A DNA stretch of 40,549 bases from Bacteroidales bacterium (GTDB taxonomy: Bacteria > Bacteroidota > Bacteroidia > Bacteroidales > UBA12077), in contig JANQHR010000114.1 in the NCBI GenBank assembly GCA_028282585.1, positions 1 through 40,549 on the forward strand, read 5' to 3'. This document shows, one piece after another, positions 1 to 10,080 of the stretch (positions are counted from its first letter, which is position 1; each line of letters begins with the position of its first letter). The notes beneath the pieces were generated by a model. That model ran no database searches. It was not told where the DNA came from and saw nothing but the letters and a program-made list of their open reading frames with translations. Made by a program: the position numbers and the translations under genes.

Positions 1-124
1 ACATTTTTTATCAATTTCATCTTAATACCATACTTTTTTTATCAAAAAGACAATAACCAAAACTTATTTGAAACCAAAAATAAAAAAGCGGCATAAAAAC
101 GAGACTGCCTTTTTGGACAGCCTC
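1..124 (+). mobile_element. Probable right end of an IS (IS1182-like): open frame ending ...KNKKAA* at 96, then terminal sequence TTTTGGACAGCCTC
   Basis: Frame 1 is open from the window edge to TAA at 94-96 (TFFINFILIPYFFYQKDNNQNLFETKNKKAA). A KKAA* tail followed by GAGACTGCC-T5-GGACAGCCTC resembles, from memory, ends of Bacteroidota IS1182-type elements. No catalytic domain is visible. Confidence 0.4.
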
Positions 125-132
125 TTTTTTTT
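101..132. terminator. Imperfect hairpin plus T-run downstream of the LacI gene and the IS-like frame
   Basis: GAGACTGCC TTTTT GGACAGCCTC followed by T8. Confidence 0.45.
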
Positions 133-142
133 ATTTAAGAAA

Positions 143-1162
143 TTATTTCTTTTTTAGACTCGATTTTCTTACAACGAGTTCTGTATTGAGAATTGTGGTT
201 ACAGGACCATAATTTTCATCGCTTTTTATTCTTTTCAATAACATACGCGCAGCGTGTTGTCCCATTTCAAAACCTTTTTGATCAATTGTAGTTAATTCAG
301 GATCAGCTATATATGATATAAATGAATTTGTAAAACCTGATATGGCAACATCTTCAGGTACTTTTCTATTAATTGATTTAATAGCTTTCATAGCACCAAC
401 AGCTGTTAAATCATTCACAGCAAAAATACCATCAATACTATTGTATTTACTTATCAATTCCGGAATTAACCTTATTGCATGATCGTGACTATCACATATT
501 TGTACTGAATAATCTCTTGTTTCAATGTTAGCATCGCTGAGTGCAGAGAGAAATCCTTCTTTTCTTTTAACTCCTATATCCAAATTTTGAGGGCCGGCTA
601 AATGAATTATGTTTTTACAACCATTTTCAATTAAATGTGCAGTAGCTTTATAAGCTCCATCAAAATCATCCACTAAAACTTTATCAGCAGTTACTATATC
701 ACACGATCGGTCAACAAAAACCATCGGAACTCCTATTTCTTCCACATTCTTAAAATGATCAAAGTTTAAAGTAGTTTTCGCCATAGAAATAATAAAACCA
801 TCAATATTACTTGATAATAATGCTTGTATATTATCAACTTCTTTATGATAAGATTCATCAGACTGTGCTATTATTATATGATACCCTAACTCATTAGCAA
901 TTTTTTCAATACCGCTTATTACCGTTGAAAAGAAATAATGTATTATTTCAGGAACAATAACACCTATTATTTTACTTTCTTTTTGTAATAGGTTTAAAGC
1001 AATTTGGTTTGGCTTATAGTTTAATTTTTTGGCTAATTCCCGAACATTTTTTTTTGTTTGAGGATTAATATCGGGATGATCTTTTAACGCTCTGGAAACT
1101 GTAGAGGGAGAAATATGTAAAATTTTAGCTATATCTTTTATGGTAACTTGATGTCCCTTCAT
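143..1162 (-). CDS. LacI-family transcriptional regulator (MalR-like) of the alpha-glucan locus
   Basis: N-terminal HTH VTIKDIAKILHISPSTVSRAL, hinge YKPNQIA and a sugar-binding domain; divergent from susC. Confidence 0.95.
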   Translation of the reverse strand: MKGHQVTIKDIAKILHISPSTVSRALKDHPDINPQTKKNVRELAKKLNYKPNQIALNLLQKESKIIGVIVPEIIHYFFSTVISGIEKIANELGYHIIIAQSDESYHKEVDNIQALLSSNIDGFIISMAKTTLNFDHFKNVEEIGVPMVFVDRSCDIVTADKVLVDDFDGAYKATAHLIENGCKNIIHLAGPQNLDIGVKRKEGFLSALSDANIETRDYSVQICDSHDHAIRLIPELISKYNSIDGIFAVNDLTAVGAMKAIKSINRKVPEDVAISGFTNSFISYIADPELTTIDQKGFEMGQHAARMLLKRIKSDENYGPVTTILNTELVVRKSSLKKK

Positions 1163-1299
1163 TTTAAACTAAATCATTAAATTTTTGTTATGAAGAAAGA
1201 AAAACTATTTTAATTCTCAAATATTTTCTGTAAAAAATGTTAAAAAGTTTGTAGAAATAAAAATTTACAGGAGATTTCTATTTTGTTTTAAATCCTTTT

Positions 1300-1314
1300 C
1301 GCAAACGTTTGAAA
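1300..1314. promoter_or_regulatory. Candidate LacI-family operator CGCAAACGTTTGAAA (core palindrome CAAACGTTTG)
   Basis: Palindrome with central CG, typical of LacI/GalR sites; exact reverse-complement copy at 19995-20009. Confidence 0.8.
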
Positions 1315-1371
1315 TAATACTTCTAGGTAGTTTTATGTGGTCTAATGTACTGATTATAAAATATTTTGCTA

Positions 1372-1402
1372 TTGAAGTTAGCGCTGATTTTTTGTAATTT
1401 TA
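1372..1402 (+). promoter_or_regulatory. Candidate Bacteroidota housekeeping promoter for susC
   Basis: TTG (1372-1374), 20-nt spacer, TAATTTTA (1395-1402), one mismatch to TAnnTTTG. Confidence 0.4.
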
Positions 1403-1442
1403 ACAATAAATTAATACTGAAATTTAATAAAAAAGAAACTCG

Positions 1443-4409
1443 ATGAAAAATTTTCGTTTTAAGCTATCTTTATTTTTCTTCATATTAGTATTTCCGGGAC
1501 TTATCTCAGCTCAAACAACTATAACAGGTGTAGTTACTGATGCTGAAGAAGGTATAACATTACCGGGAGTAACGATATTAGAGAAAAATTCAGGAATTGG
1601 TTCAATTACTGATATTGAAGGAAATTACTCTATTGCAGTACCCGGTGACGCAGTTTTAGTTTTTTCTTATGTAGGGTATAAAACTCAGGAGATACCTATA
1701 GGAAACCAAACTATAATTAATGTACAGTTACAAAAGCAAATCGAATTATTGGAAGAGATAATTGTAATTGGTTATGGAGTTCAGAAGAAAGAAGATAAGA
1801 CTGGTGCAGTGGCACAAGTAAAAGCTGCTGATTTAAGCGGAGGTGTTGTTACTGATGCAATTCAAACAATTCAAGGGAAAACAGCAGGTGTTTTAATTTC
1901 AAAAAAAGGTGGTGACCCTAATGAAGGTTTTTCTGTTAGAATTAGAGGTGCTTCAGGATTTGAAACTAGTACTCAACCATTATATGTTGTTGATGGGGTA
2001 CCGGGTGTTGATCCGACCACTGTAGCTCCGGAAGATATAGAAACTTTCAATATTTTAAAAGATGCGGCATCTACTGCTATTTATGGTTCACAAGGTGCAA
2101 ATGGTGTAATAATTATTACTACTAAGAAGGGTAGTGAAGGAAGTTTTAAAGTGCATTTCAACTCAAAGGTTTCAATTGATAATGTGGCAAAAAGATATGA
2201 TTTATTAGATGCCGGAGATATTAGAGAATATGCACAAGGATTGCTTGAAGAAGCACAAGTGACAAATCCTCAGTATACTATAGATAGTGTCTTTAATGAT
2301 GGTGGAGCAAATACAGATTGGCAAGATGAGATATTTAGAACAGGGATAACACAATCCTATAACATTGGTTTTTCCGGTGGAACCGAGAAGAATTCATATT
2401 ATGCTTCAATTACACAAGCTGATTGGCAAGGTGTAATGAAGGGAACGGAAAAATCGAGAACAATTGCAAAGATTAACCTATCACATAAAGCGTTAGATGA
2501 TCGTTTGATGCTTTCAGGGAGTATTTCTCAAACATTTGAACAAAATGATTATGAGAATTATGATGGTTGGGATAAAGACGATATTATTTATCAGGCTTTA
2601 ACCAGAAATCCTACCGATCCGGTTTATGAGGAAGATGGTAAAACACCTTATCAGACTCTACGTGTTTTTAACTATGAAAACCCGATTGCCGTGATTGAAC
2701 AGGTTGATAATACGAGAGATTTTAAAAGTTTTCTGGGAAATTTTAAAGCAGATTTGGAAATAACGAAAGGTTTAGTGGGTAGCGTAAATGTTGGATACAA
2801 TCGCGATGATTACGAACCTGACTATTTTAGACCAAGCGGTATTTACGCTTCTGCGGACAATGGATATGGAAAAAGACAATATGAAAATACTGTAAAAAAA
2901 CTATTAGAGGTTACGGGTAATTATGTTAAATCTTTTTATGAAATGCATAATGTAGATATTATGCTTGGATATTCATGGCAGGAAAAAGAAGTTGATGGAT
3001 TTTTTGCTCAGGCAACTAATTCACAATCAGATTATTTAGGAACCGATAATTTAAAAAGTTTTTTAGAACTTAATCACGGAGATATAGAATCATGGAGAAG
3101 AAGAGAGAATTTAATAGGTTTCTTTGGTAGATTACAATATAATTTCAACCAAAAGTATTATTTAGCAGGTTCACTGCGAAGAGATGGTTCATCTAAGTTT
3201 GGAGAGAATAATGAGTGGGGATGGTTTCCAACAGTTTCGTTAGGATGGAATTTACATGAGGAAAGTTTTATACAAACCTTGGACTGGATAAATCAGTTAA
3301 AACTAAGAGCAAGTTATGGTATTTCTGGTAATCAGGAGTTTGATCCTTACCAAAGTATTTCTGCTCAGGAAATCGACGGAATTACAGTTGATCCCGAAAC
3401 AGGAAAAGATGTATTAATATTTAGACAAGCATTAGCAAACAATCCGGAATTGAGATGGGAGGAAACTACTGAATATAATGTGGGTATTGATTATGCAGTA
3501 TTTAACACTCGTATAAATGGTAGTATAGAATTTTACTATAAACTTACAGATGGCTTATTAGGTAGGTTCACGGCAGATCAAACTATAAATGAAAATGATG
3601 ATGAGTGGGCAAATTCAGGTCAGGTGTCAAACATGGGTCTTGAGTTTTTCGTACAAGCATTTGCACTTGAAAAATCTAACTTAAAGTGGAAAACTTCAAT
3701 AAACCTCTCATTTAATAAATCTGAATATGTTGATTTAGGAAAGCATGACGGAAAAGATGGATTCATTTCAGGAAGAGGATTAGTTGGAGATGAAAATTAT
3801 GTTACTGGAGTTATAGAAGGTGAAGAAATAGGCTCTTTTTATTTACCTACATATGTTACATTGCAGGATGGTTTGTTTATATTTAATTCTGAAACTGGTG
3901 GTTTTACGGATAAATTAGTTGATGCAAAAAGAACTATCGTTGGAACTGCAGCTCCAAAATTTGAGATAGGTTGGTCAAACTCTTTACGTTTCTATGAAAA
4001 TTGGGACCTAGATTTTAATTTCAGGGCCTGGATAGGAAATGATGTATTCAATGCTACAGAAATGCTTTTAGATAGCCCCGACTTACCTTCTTTAAATGCT
4101 GCACCTTCAGCATTAGATTGGGAAGAGCAAGGACGTATTTCTGGTCCTACAGTAGCTGACATATATGTTGAAGATGCTTCTTTCTTAAAGTTAGATTATT
4201 TATCATTGGGTTATAATTTTAACACAGATGGATTGAAGTGGTTTAGTAACCTAAAAATCTATTTTGCTTCAAATAACGTATTTACTATAACTGGTTATTC
4301 CGGAATTGATCCTGAAACAAGAGTTGACGGAACCTCTTTTGGTATAGATTATTTTAATGTATATCCAAAAACGAGAACATTTACATTTGGTATTAATGCA
4401 ACATTCTAA
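1443..4409 (+). CDS. susC: SusC/RagA TonB-dependent outer-membrane transporter
   Basis: Signal peptide, N-terminal extension, plug motifs IRIRG/PLYVVDGV/LKDAASTAIYGSQGANGVIIITTKKG, C-terminal YPKTRTFTFGINATF. Confidence 0.97.
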   Translation: MKNFRFKLSLFFFILVFPGLISAQTTITGVVTDAEEGITLPGVTILEKNSGIGSITDIEGNYSIAVPGDAVLVFSYVGYKTQEIPIGNQTIINVQLQKQIELLEEIIVIGYGVQKKEDKTGAVAQVKAADLSGGVVTDAIQTIQGKTAGVLISKKGGDPNEGFSVRIRGASGFETSTQPLYVVDGVPGVDPTTVAPEDIETFNILKDAASTAIYGSQGANGVIIITTKKGSEGSFKVHFNSKVSIDNVAKRYDLLDAGDIREYAQGLLEEAQVTNPQYTIDSVFNDGGANTDWQDEIFRTGITQSYNIGFSGGTEKNSYYASITQADWQGVMKGTEKSRTIAKINLSHKALDDRLMLSGSISQTFEQNDYENYDGWDKDDIIYQALTRNPTDPVYEEDGKTPYQTLRVFNYENPIAVIEQVDNTRDFKSFLGNFKADLEITKGLVGSVNVGYNRDDYEPDYFRPSGIYASADNGYGKRQYENTVKKLLEVTGNYVKSFYEMHNVDIMLGYSWQEKEVDGFFAQATNSQSDYLGTDNLKSFLELNHGDIESWRRRENLIGFFGRLQYNFNQKYYLAGSLRRDGSSKFGENNEWGWFPTVSLGWNLHEESFIQTLDWINQLKLRASYGISGNQEFDPYQSISAQEIDGITVDPETGKDVLIFRQALANNPELRWEETTEYNVGIDYAVFNTRINGSIEFYYKLTDGLLGRFTADQTINENDDEWANSGQVSNMGLEFFVQAFALEKSNLKWKTSINLSFNKSEYVDLGKHDGKDGFISGRGLVGDENYVTGVIEGEEIGSFYLPTYVTLQDGLFIFNSETGGFTDKLVDAKRTIVGTAAPKFEIGWSNSLRFYENWDLDFNFRAWIGNDVFNATEMLLDSPDLPSLNAAPSALDWEEQGRISGPTVADIYVEDASFLKLDYLSLGYNFNTDGLKWFSNLKIYFASNNVFTITGYSGIDPETRVDGTSFGIDYFNVYPKTRTFTFGINATF

Positions 4410-4420
4410 AATATAAGAAC

Positions 4421-5935
4421 ATGAAGAATATATTTTATATAATAGCAATCTTTTCCATAGTTGGACTTGCTTGCACAGATTTAACCGAGGAATTATATGA
4501 TGATATTCCAACTGATATATACCCGGAAAATGAAGCACAAGTTGCATCAATTACGGCAAATGCTTACGTTGGACTCAAGCCTCTTGCTGATGATGAAGGT
4601 TGGTGGTTTTTGGCACAAGAAATTTCTTCCGATGCATTATGTGCCCCTACAAGGGATGCAGACTGGTTTGATGGTGGTAAATGGGTAAATGTACATTATC
4701 ATGATTGGACTAATGATGATGAATCAGTAAACAGAATGTGGGATAAATTGACCGATGGGGTTGTTAAAGCAAATACTACAATTGAATTTTTAAAAGATTT
4801 GCCATCAAGTGAGATTATAGGTAAAAAAATTGCTGAAGTTGAGACTGTGAGGGCATTTTTTCATTATTTACTGATTGATAATTTTGGTGATATTCCTTAT
4901 ACTACAAGTATTTCAAATGCTGTTGAAGATCCTTTTAAACTTAAAAGAGAAGATGTTTATGATAGTTTAGTTACAACGTTAGAAGGGAATCTTTCAAAAC
5001 TAAAAGCAATTGATAATAAGTATTTAGCCACTCGCTATTTAGCTTTCTCATTACTTGCAAAACTTTACATCAATGCAGAGGTATATACTGGAACACCTCA
5101 ATGGGCAAAAGCAGATGCATTTATCGATAGCGTGTTAGCAGGACCTTATAGTTTGGCTGCAAATGTAGAGGATCCTTTTGTAACAAATAATGAAAACTCT
5201 TCTGAGATAATTTTTTCTATACCTTACGATGAAGATACTTATGAAGGGTTTAGATTACATATGCGTACGCTGCATTATCAGCACAATTTAACTTATGATA
5301 TGCCTGTAGGACCCTGGAATGGTTTTGCAGTGACACCAAATCATTTTGATACATATGAGTTAATTGATAAACGTAGAGATGCGTATTTTATTTTCGGACC
5401 TCAATTTGATGTTTCTGGAAATATAATTAATGATGGAGTTACAAATCAGCCCTTAGATATTGATCCTTATTTACCCGCATTATATATGACAGCTGCAAAT
5501 TATACCCCAATGGAAATTAGAACTTCAGGGGCAAGAATTGGGAAATATGAAATTGCAATAGGAGCAAAAGAAAACTTAAGTAATGATTTTCCATTGTTTA
5601 GAATTACAGATTTTCATTTAATGAAAGCAGAAACTCAGATTCGTTTATTTGGTGCTGGAAGTGGTGATAATTGGATTAATCCTATTAGAACAAGAGCTGG
5701 AGTTACAACATGGGCGGGAGCCGATTTAGATGACTTACTGGCTGAAAGAGGAAGAGAATTATGGGTTGAGGGGCATCGACGACAAGATTTAATTCGTTAT
5801 GGAGAATTTACTAAATCTTGGTGGGCCAAAGGAGATGATCAAGGAGGTATATCAGGTGACGAGTCTGTTAAGATATTTCCAATACCAAAATTTGCGACTG
5901 ATGCAAACCCTAATCTATTATTAGATCCACAATAG
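4421..5935 (+). CDS. susD: SusD/RagB surface glycan-binding lipoprotein
   Basis: Lipobox GLAC; RAFFHYLLIDNFGDIP; ERGRELWVEGHRRQDLIRYG; directly after susC. Confidence 0.96.
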   Translation: MKNIFYIIAIFSIVGLACTDLTEELYDDIPTDIYPENEAQVASITANAYVGLKPLADDEGWWFLAQEISSDALCAPTRDADWFDGGKWVNVHYHDWTNDDESVNRMWDKLTDGVVKANTTIEFLKDLPSSEIIGKKIAEVETVRAFFHYLLIDNFGDIPYTTSISNAVEDPFKLKREDVYDSLVTTLEGNLSKLKAIDNKYLATRYLAFSLLAKLYINAEVYTGTPQWAKADAFIDSVLAGPYSLAANVEDPFVTNNENSSEIIFSIPYDEDTYEGFRLHMRTLHYQHNLTYDMPVGPWNGFAVTPNHFDTYELIDKRRDAYFIFGPQFDVSGNIINDGVTNQPLDIDPYLPALYMTAANYTPMEIRTSGARIGKYEIAIGAKENLSNDFPLFRITDFHLMKAETQIRLFGAGSGDNWINPIRTRAGVTTWAGADLDDLLAERGRELWVEGHRRQDLIRYGEFTKSWWAKGDDQGGISGDESVKIFPIPKFATDANPNLLLDPQ

Positions 5936-5973
5936 GAAATTATTAAATTAATTATTAACTAAAATTCATAACT

Positions 5974-7227
5974 ATGAAAAAAAATGTTTTTAAAAAAGTG
6001 TTTAACCTTTCTTGGTTGATTTTGGCAGCCTTGTTAACATTCACTGCATGTGATGATGATGACGATGATGATAATGATGATATTATTGTACTTGATGGTA
6101 TATATATCAAAGGAGATGCAACTGCATTAGCTGAATTTGATAGCAAGGGACGGTTTGAAGTTACAAAAAATGAAATTACTCAAGAAGACAGGGCCAGCTT
6201 ATATGAAAAGTATATTGCTGTAAGTGCTACCGGTGGTTTTAATATTGTAATGGTTGCGGGAGAAACTAGAACTACCTATGGGCCGGGTGCTGATTTTGCC
6301 GTTGTTGCTGAAGCGGATAAGATTACGGATGAACCTAAAGACGTAGATTTTAGGAGAGGTTCTTACATGGAAACTGAAACAATGTTTACAGTTCCAGCTG
6401 ATGGTTTGTATCATGTTGTAATTGACACTGAATTAATGAAAGTTGCTATTATGCCTGTAATCTGGGGTGTAATTGGTGCTGCTACTCCTGATGGATGGGG
6501 AGGTTCTACCGCTATGACTGAACCTGCTTTTAATAACGAAACTATGGCTTTCTCTATCTCAGATATGGAATTAAGAGGTGGCGACTGGAAATTCCGTTAT
6601 TCTAATGGCTGGAAGGTTGTACTTGACACTGTTGTAGAATTAACAGGAGGAGATAAAGGAGTTCGAGTGAATACTAATTTTGGTGGTGCTGTAGATGCTT
6701 TAGTTTCTGGAGGAGACAACATTGTAAATGAGGATCCTGGTGTATATACTATTACAATGACATGGGAATTAGGCTCGGGACACACGGCAACAGCAACAAA
6801 AACAGATGATCTTCCATTAACTAATTGGGAAGGTGTTATCTGTGATGCTGTTGGTGATGGAGTAAGTGTCGACAATGTTAATGCGATTCCAGATCCAAGT
6901 GGATGGGCATGGGGCAACAAACTATTGGCTGATGGTCCTCCGGTTAAAGATGGAGATGTTTATACCTGGACCTGGACTGGGATCATTCTTGAAGCAGATT
7001 CTGGTTTCAAGTTAAGAACTGAAAACGGTGAAGCACCTGCTAGTGGTGGGGCTAACTTTGATGCTGGTTTGGAAGCCGTTGATCATGCAAATAGTTCAGC
7101 AAATGTAAATCCTGATACTTCAGGAGACTTAACTGTAACTGTTAAGGGTACATATGATATAACTCTTACGATTGATGCAGCTGATAGCGATGCTAAAGTA
7201 ATAACAATTAAAGATTCTGCTAAATAA
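5974..7227 (+). CDS. SusE/SusF-like starch-binding surface lipoprotein
   Basis: Lipobox FTAC followed by a poly-Asp run; CBM-like motifs WGVIGAATPDGWG, WKFRYSNGW, GFKLR; third gene of the sus operon. Confidence 0.8.
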   Translation: MKKNVFKKVFNLSWLILAALLTFTACDDDDDDDNDDIIVLDGIYIKGDATALAEFDSKGRFEVTKNEITQEDRASLYEKYIAVSATGGFNIVMVAGETRTTYGPGADFAVVAEADKITDEPKDVDFRRGSYMETETMFTVPADGLYHVVIDTELMKVAIMPVIWGVIGAATPDGWGGSTAMTEPAFNNETMAFSISDMELRGGDWKFRYSNGWKVVLDTVVELTGGDKGVRVNTNFGGAVDALVSGGDNIVNEDPGVYTITMTWELGSGHTATATKTDDLPLTNWEGVICDAVGDGVSVDNVNAIPDPSGWAWGNKLLADGPPVKDGDVYTWTWTGIILEADSGFKLRTENGEAPASGGANFDAGLEAVDHANSSANVNPDTSGDLTVTVKGTYDITLTIDAADSDAKVITIKDSAK

Positions 7228-7244
7228 ACCTTATAGAAGTCTTT

Positions 7245-7271
7245 GAAGGCATGCATTGCATGCCTTCTTTT
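7245..7271 (+). terminator. Hairpin terminator/attenuator after susC-susD-susE/F
   Basis: Perfect 10-bp stem GAAGGCATGC-ATT-GCATGCCTTC followed by TTTT. Confidence 0.75.
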
Positions 7272-7293
7272 CAAATTTATAATAGTTTAAGAT

Positions 7294-10059
7294 ATGGTTT
7301 TAAAGTGTATAATATTATCACTTTTAGTAAGTTTATGTTTTGGTTTTAACAGTTCTTCACAAGTAATTACCGTAGATCCTGAATTTCCAACAATTAATGA
7401 TACTGTTACAATTTATTTTGATGCTTCAAAGGGTAATGAGGAGCTAATAGATTTTGATGGTGATATTTATGCACATACCGGACTAATTACAAGTAAAAGT
7501 TCGGATAATACAGACTGGAAATATGTAATTGCAGGATGGACAGAAAATACTGAAAAAGCAAAACTTACCAGGGTAACAACGAATCAGTACAAATTGGAGA
7601 TACAACCAAATATAAAAGAATTTTATGGTGTTGCTGAAGATGAAGATGTTTTAAAAATCGCATTCGTGTTCAGGAATTCTGATGGTTCTAAGGTTGGTAG
7701 AGATGACGATGGTGGCGATATTTTTTATGACATTTATGAGGATGGACTAAATGTTAATATTTCTTCTCCCACAGATGATTTTATTATTTTACCGGGTGAA
7801 ACAATTCAAGTTGAAGCTTCTTCAAATGAATCAGATAGTATGTTCCTTTATATTGATGATGTATTAATTTCAAAAATTGAAGGAAATACTTTATTGTATT
7901 CCTATACTGAGAATAGTCCAGGTTCTCATCTAGTTAAAGTACTAGCCAAAAACATTGACAATACCAAAACCGATTCGGTTTATTTCTTTGTTCGTGGAAA
8001 TAACAATATTGCTGAACTACCAACAGGTTGGGTAAAAGGAATAAATTATTTGGGTGATGATTCTGTTGGGTTGGTTCTTTTTGCTCCACATAAAGAGTTT
8101 GTATTTGTTATTGGGGACTTTACCGAATGGAGGCTTATGGACGAATTTTTAATGAATCAAACTCCGGATGCTGAATATTATTGGTTAGCAATAAGTGATT
8201 TAACCCCGCAGAAAGAATATATTTTTCAATACTATATTGATAGCGAATTACGAATTGCTGACCCATATACAGAAAAAACAAGCGACCCCAATGATAAGTA
8301 TATCTCGGAAAACACCTACCCGGGATTAATCGAATACCCTGCATCTAAGACACAAGGAATAGCTTCAACCTTGCAAACAAACCAGATTGAATATAAATGG
8401 AAAAATAATGATTATGTGCTGCCTGATAAAGAAAATTTAATTATTTACGAATTACTGGTTCGAGATTTTCTTGAAGCACATGATTATAAAACATTAATAG
8501 ATACGTTAGATTATCTTGACACTTTAGGAATAAATGCAATAGAACTCATGCCTTTTAATGAGTTTGAAGGTAACGAGAGTTGGGGGTATAATCCAAGTTT
8601 TTATTTTGCTCCGGATAAATATTACGGACCTAAAAACGATTTAAAAGCATTTATTGATTCATGCCATGGAAGAGGAGTTGCTGTAATTATGGATATGGTA
8701 TTAAATCATTCATACGGACAGTCTCCTTTAGTACAAATGTATTTTAATCCTTCGGCAGGAGAATATGGACAACCAACAGCAGAAAATCCTTGGTATAATG
8801 AGCAATCTCCCAATAACGTATTTTCTTGGGGGTTTGACTTCGATCATGAAAGTAATTATACAAAAGAATTCGTGGATAGTGTTAATAGATTTTGGTTAGA
8901 AAATTATAAGATAGATGGGTTTCGATTTGATTTTACCAAAGGCTTTACAAATACTCCTGGTGACGGAGGAGGTTATGATATTTCCAGAATTAATATCCTA
9001 AAAAGAATGATGCTTAAAATTTGGGACTTTAATCCTAATGCATATGCAATTCTTGAGCACTTTGCCGATAATTCTGAAGAAGAAAATTTGGCAAATTTTG
9101 GTGCTATGCTATGGGGTAATATGAATCATGAATATAATGAGGCCACCATGGGATATTCATCTGATATAAGTAGAATTTCATATAAAGAAAGAGGCTGGAA
9201 TTCTCCTCATTTAGTCGGTTACATGGAAAGTCATGACGAGGAACGTCTCATGTATAAAAATATTCAGTATGGCAATTCGGTTGATGGATACAACATTAAG
9301 GACTTATATACGGGCCTAAATAGAGTAGAGTTGGCAGCGAATTTTTTTATCCCGGTACCAGGGCCTAAAATGATATGGCAATTTGGAGAACTTGGATATG
9401 ATTATTCAATTGATTATAACGGTAGGGTGGGCAATAAGCCAATTAGGTGGGATTACTTTACATCTAATAGAAAGCGCCTGTATTATGTTTTCAAAGCACT
9501 AAATAATTTAAAAACAAATTATGAAGTTTTCTCTACAACTGATTTTGAATTATCCCAAACTGAGAAATTAAAAACTCTTCATTTATTTGGTGATGATATG
9601 GATGTTGTGATTCTGGGAAATTTCGATGTTGAAGCAAAGGATATTAATCCCAATTTCACAAATACGGGCAGTTGGTATGAGTTTTATTCGGGAGATACAT
9701 TAGATGTATCTGGTACTGATGATTTGATATCACTTGAAGCCGGAGAATATAGGCTTTATACAAGCATAAAACTAGGTGATCCGGGAATACCAGCTTCTTT
9801 ATTTAAAGCAAATAAAGTTGATAATTTATCTCTAAATGTTTTTCCTAATCCTTCTGTGAGTACATTTTACTTTGAATTAGGATATAATAATAAAGGAGAT
9901 CTATACATATTTGATGTTCAGGGTAGATTGAGGTATAAAAAAGAAAACATCACTGAAAACTTATTAGAATTTGATTCTAGTAATTTTAATAATGGAATCT
10001 ATTTCTACAAATATGTTTCTGATGACAGAATATATACAGGTAAAATGCTTAAAAATTAG
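7294..10059 (+). CDS. Secreted GH13 alpha-amylase/pullulanase-like enzyme with N-terminal Ig/CBM-like domains and T9SS type A sorting domain
   Basis: GH13 regions MDMVLNH, DGFRFDFTKG, ILEH, SHDEER; WGYNP; C-terminal VFPNP...IFDVQGR...NGIYF...K. Confidence 0.9.
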   Translation: MVLKCIILSLLVSLCFGFNSSSQVITVDPEFPTINDTVTIYFDASKGNEELIDFDGDIYAHTGLITSKSSDNTDWKYVIAGWTENTEKAKLTRVTTNQYKLEIQPNIKEFYGVAEDEDVLKIAFVFRNSDGSKVGRDDDGGDIFYDIYEDGLNVNISSPTDDFIILPGETIQVEASSNESDSMFLYIDDVLISKIEGNTLLYSYTENSPGSHLVKVLAKNIDNTKTDSVYFFVRGNNNIAELPTGWVKGINYLGDDSVGLVLFAPHKEFVFVIGDFTEWRLMDEFLMNQTPDAEYYWLAISDLTPQKEYIFQYYIDSELRIADPYTEKTSDPNDKYISENTYPGLIEYPASKTQGIASTLQTNQIEYKWKNNDYVLPDKENLIIYELLVRDFLEAHDYKTLIDTLDYLDTLGINAIELMPFNEFEGNESWGYNPSFYFAPDKYYGPKNDLKAFIDSCHGRGVAVIMDMVLNHSYGQSPLVQMYFNPSAGEYGQPTAENPWYNEQSPNNVFSWGFDFDHESNYTKEFVDSVNRFWLENYKIDGFRFDFTKGFTNTPGDGGGYDISRINILKRMMLKIWDFNPNAYAILEHFADNSEEENLANFGAMLWGNMNHEYNEATMGYSSDISRISYKERGWNSPHLVGYMESHDEERLMYKNIQYGNSVDGYNIKDLYTGLNRVELAANFFIPVPGPKMIWQFGELGYDYSIDYNGRVGNKPIRWDYFTSNRKRLYYVFKALNNLKTNYEVFSTTDFELSQTEKLKTLHLFGDDMDVVILGNFDVEAKDINPNFTNTGSWYEFYSGDTLDVSGTDDLISLEAGEYRLYTSIKLGDPGIPASLFKANKVDNLSLNVFPNPSVSTFYFELGYNNKGDLYIFDVQGRLRYKKENITENLLEFDSSNFNNGIYFYKYVSDDRIYTGKMLKN

Positions 10060-10080
10060 TTCTAATTAACTTAGTATATA

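Noticed and set aside
1378-1387. TTAGCGCTGA as a second LacI operator
   Set aside because: Near-palindrome, but it does not match the duplicated operator and I saw no second copy
6052-6081. GAT trinucleotide run as a phase-variation tract
   Set aside because: In-frame and interrupted; encodes the acidic stretch after the lipoprotein Cys, typical of Bacteroidota surface lipoproteins
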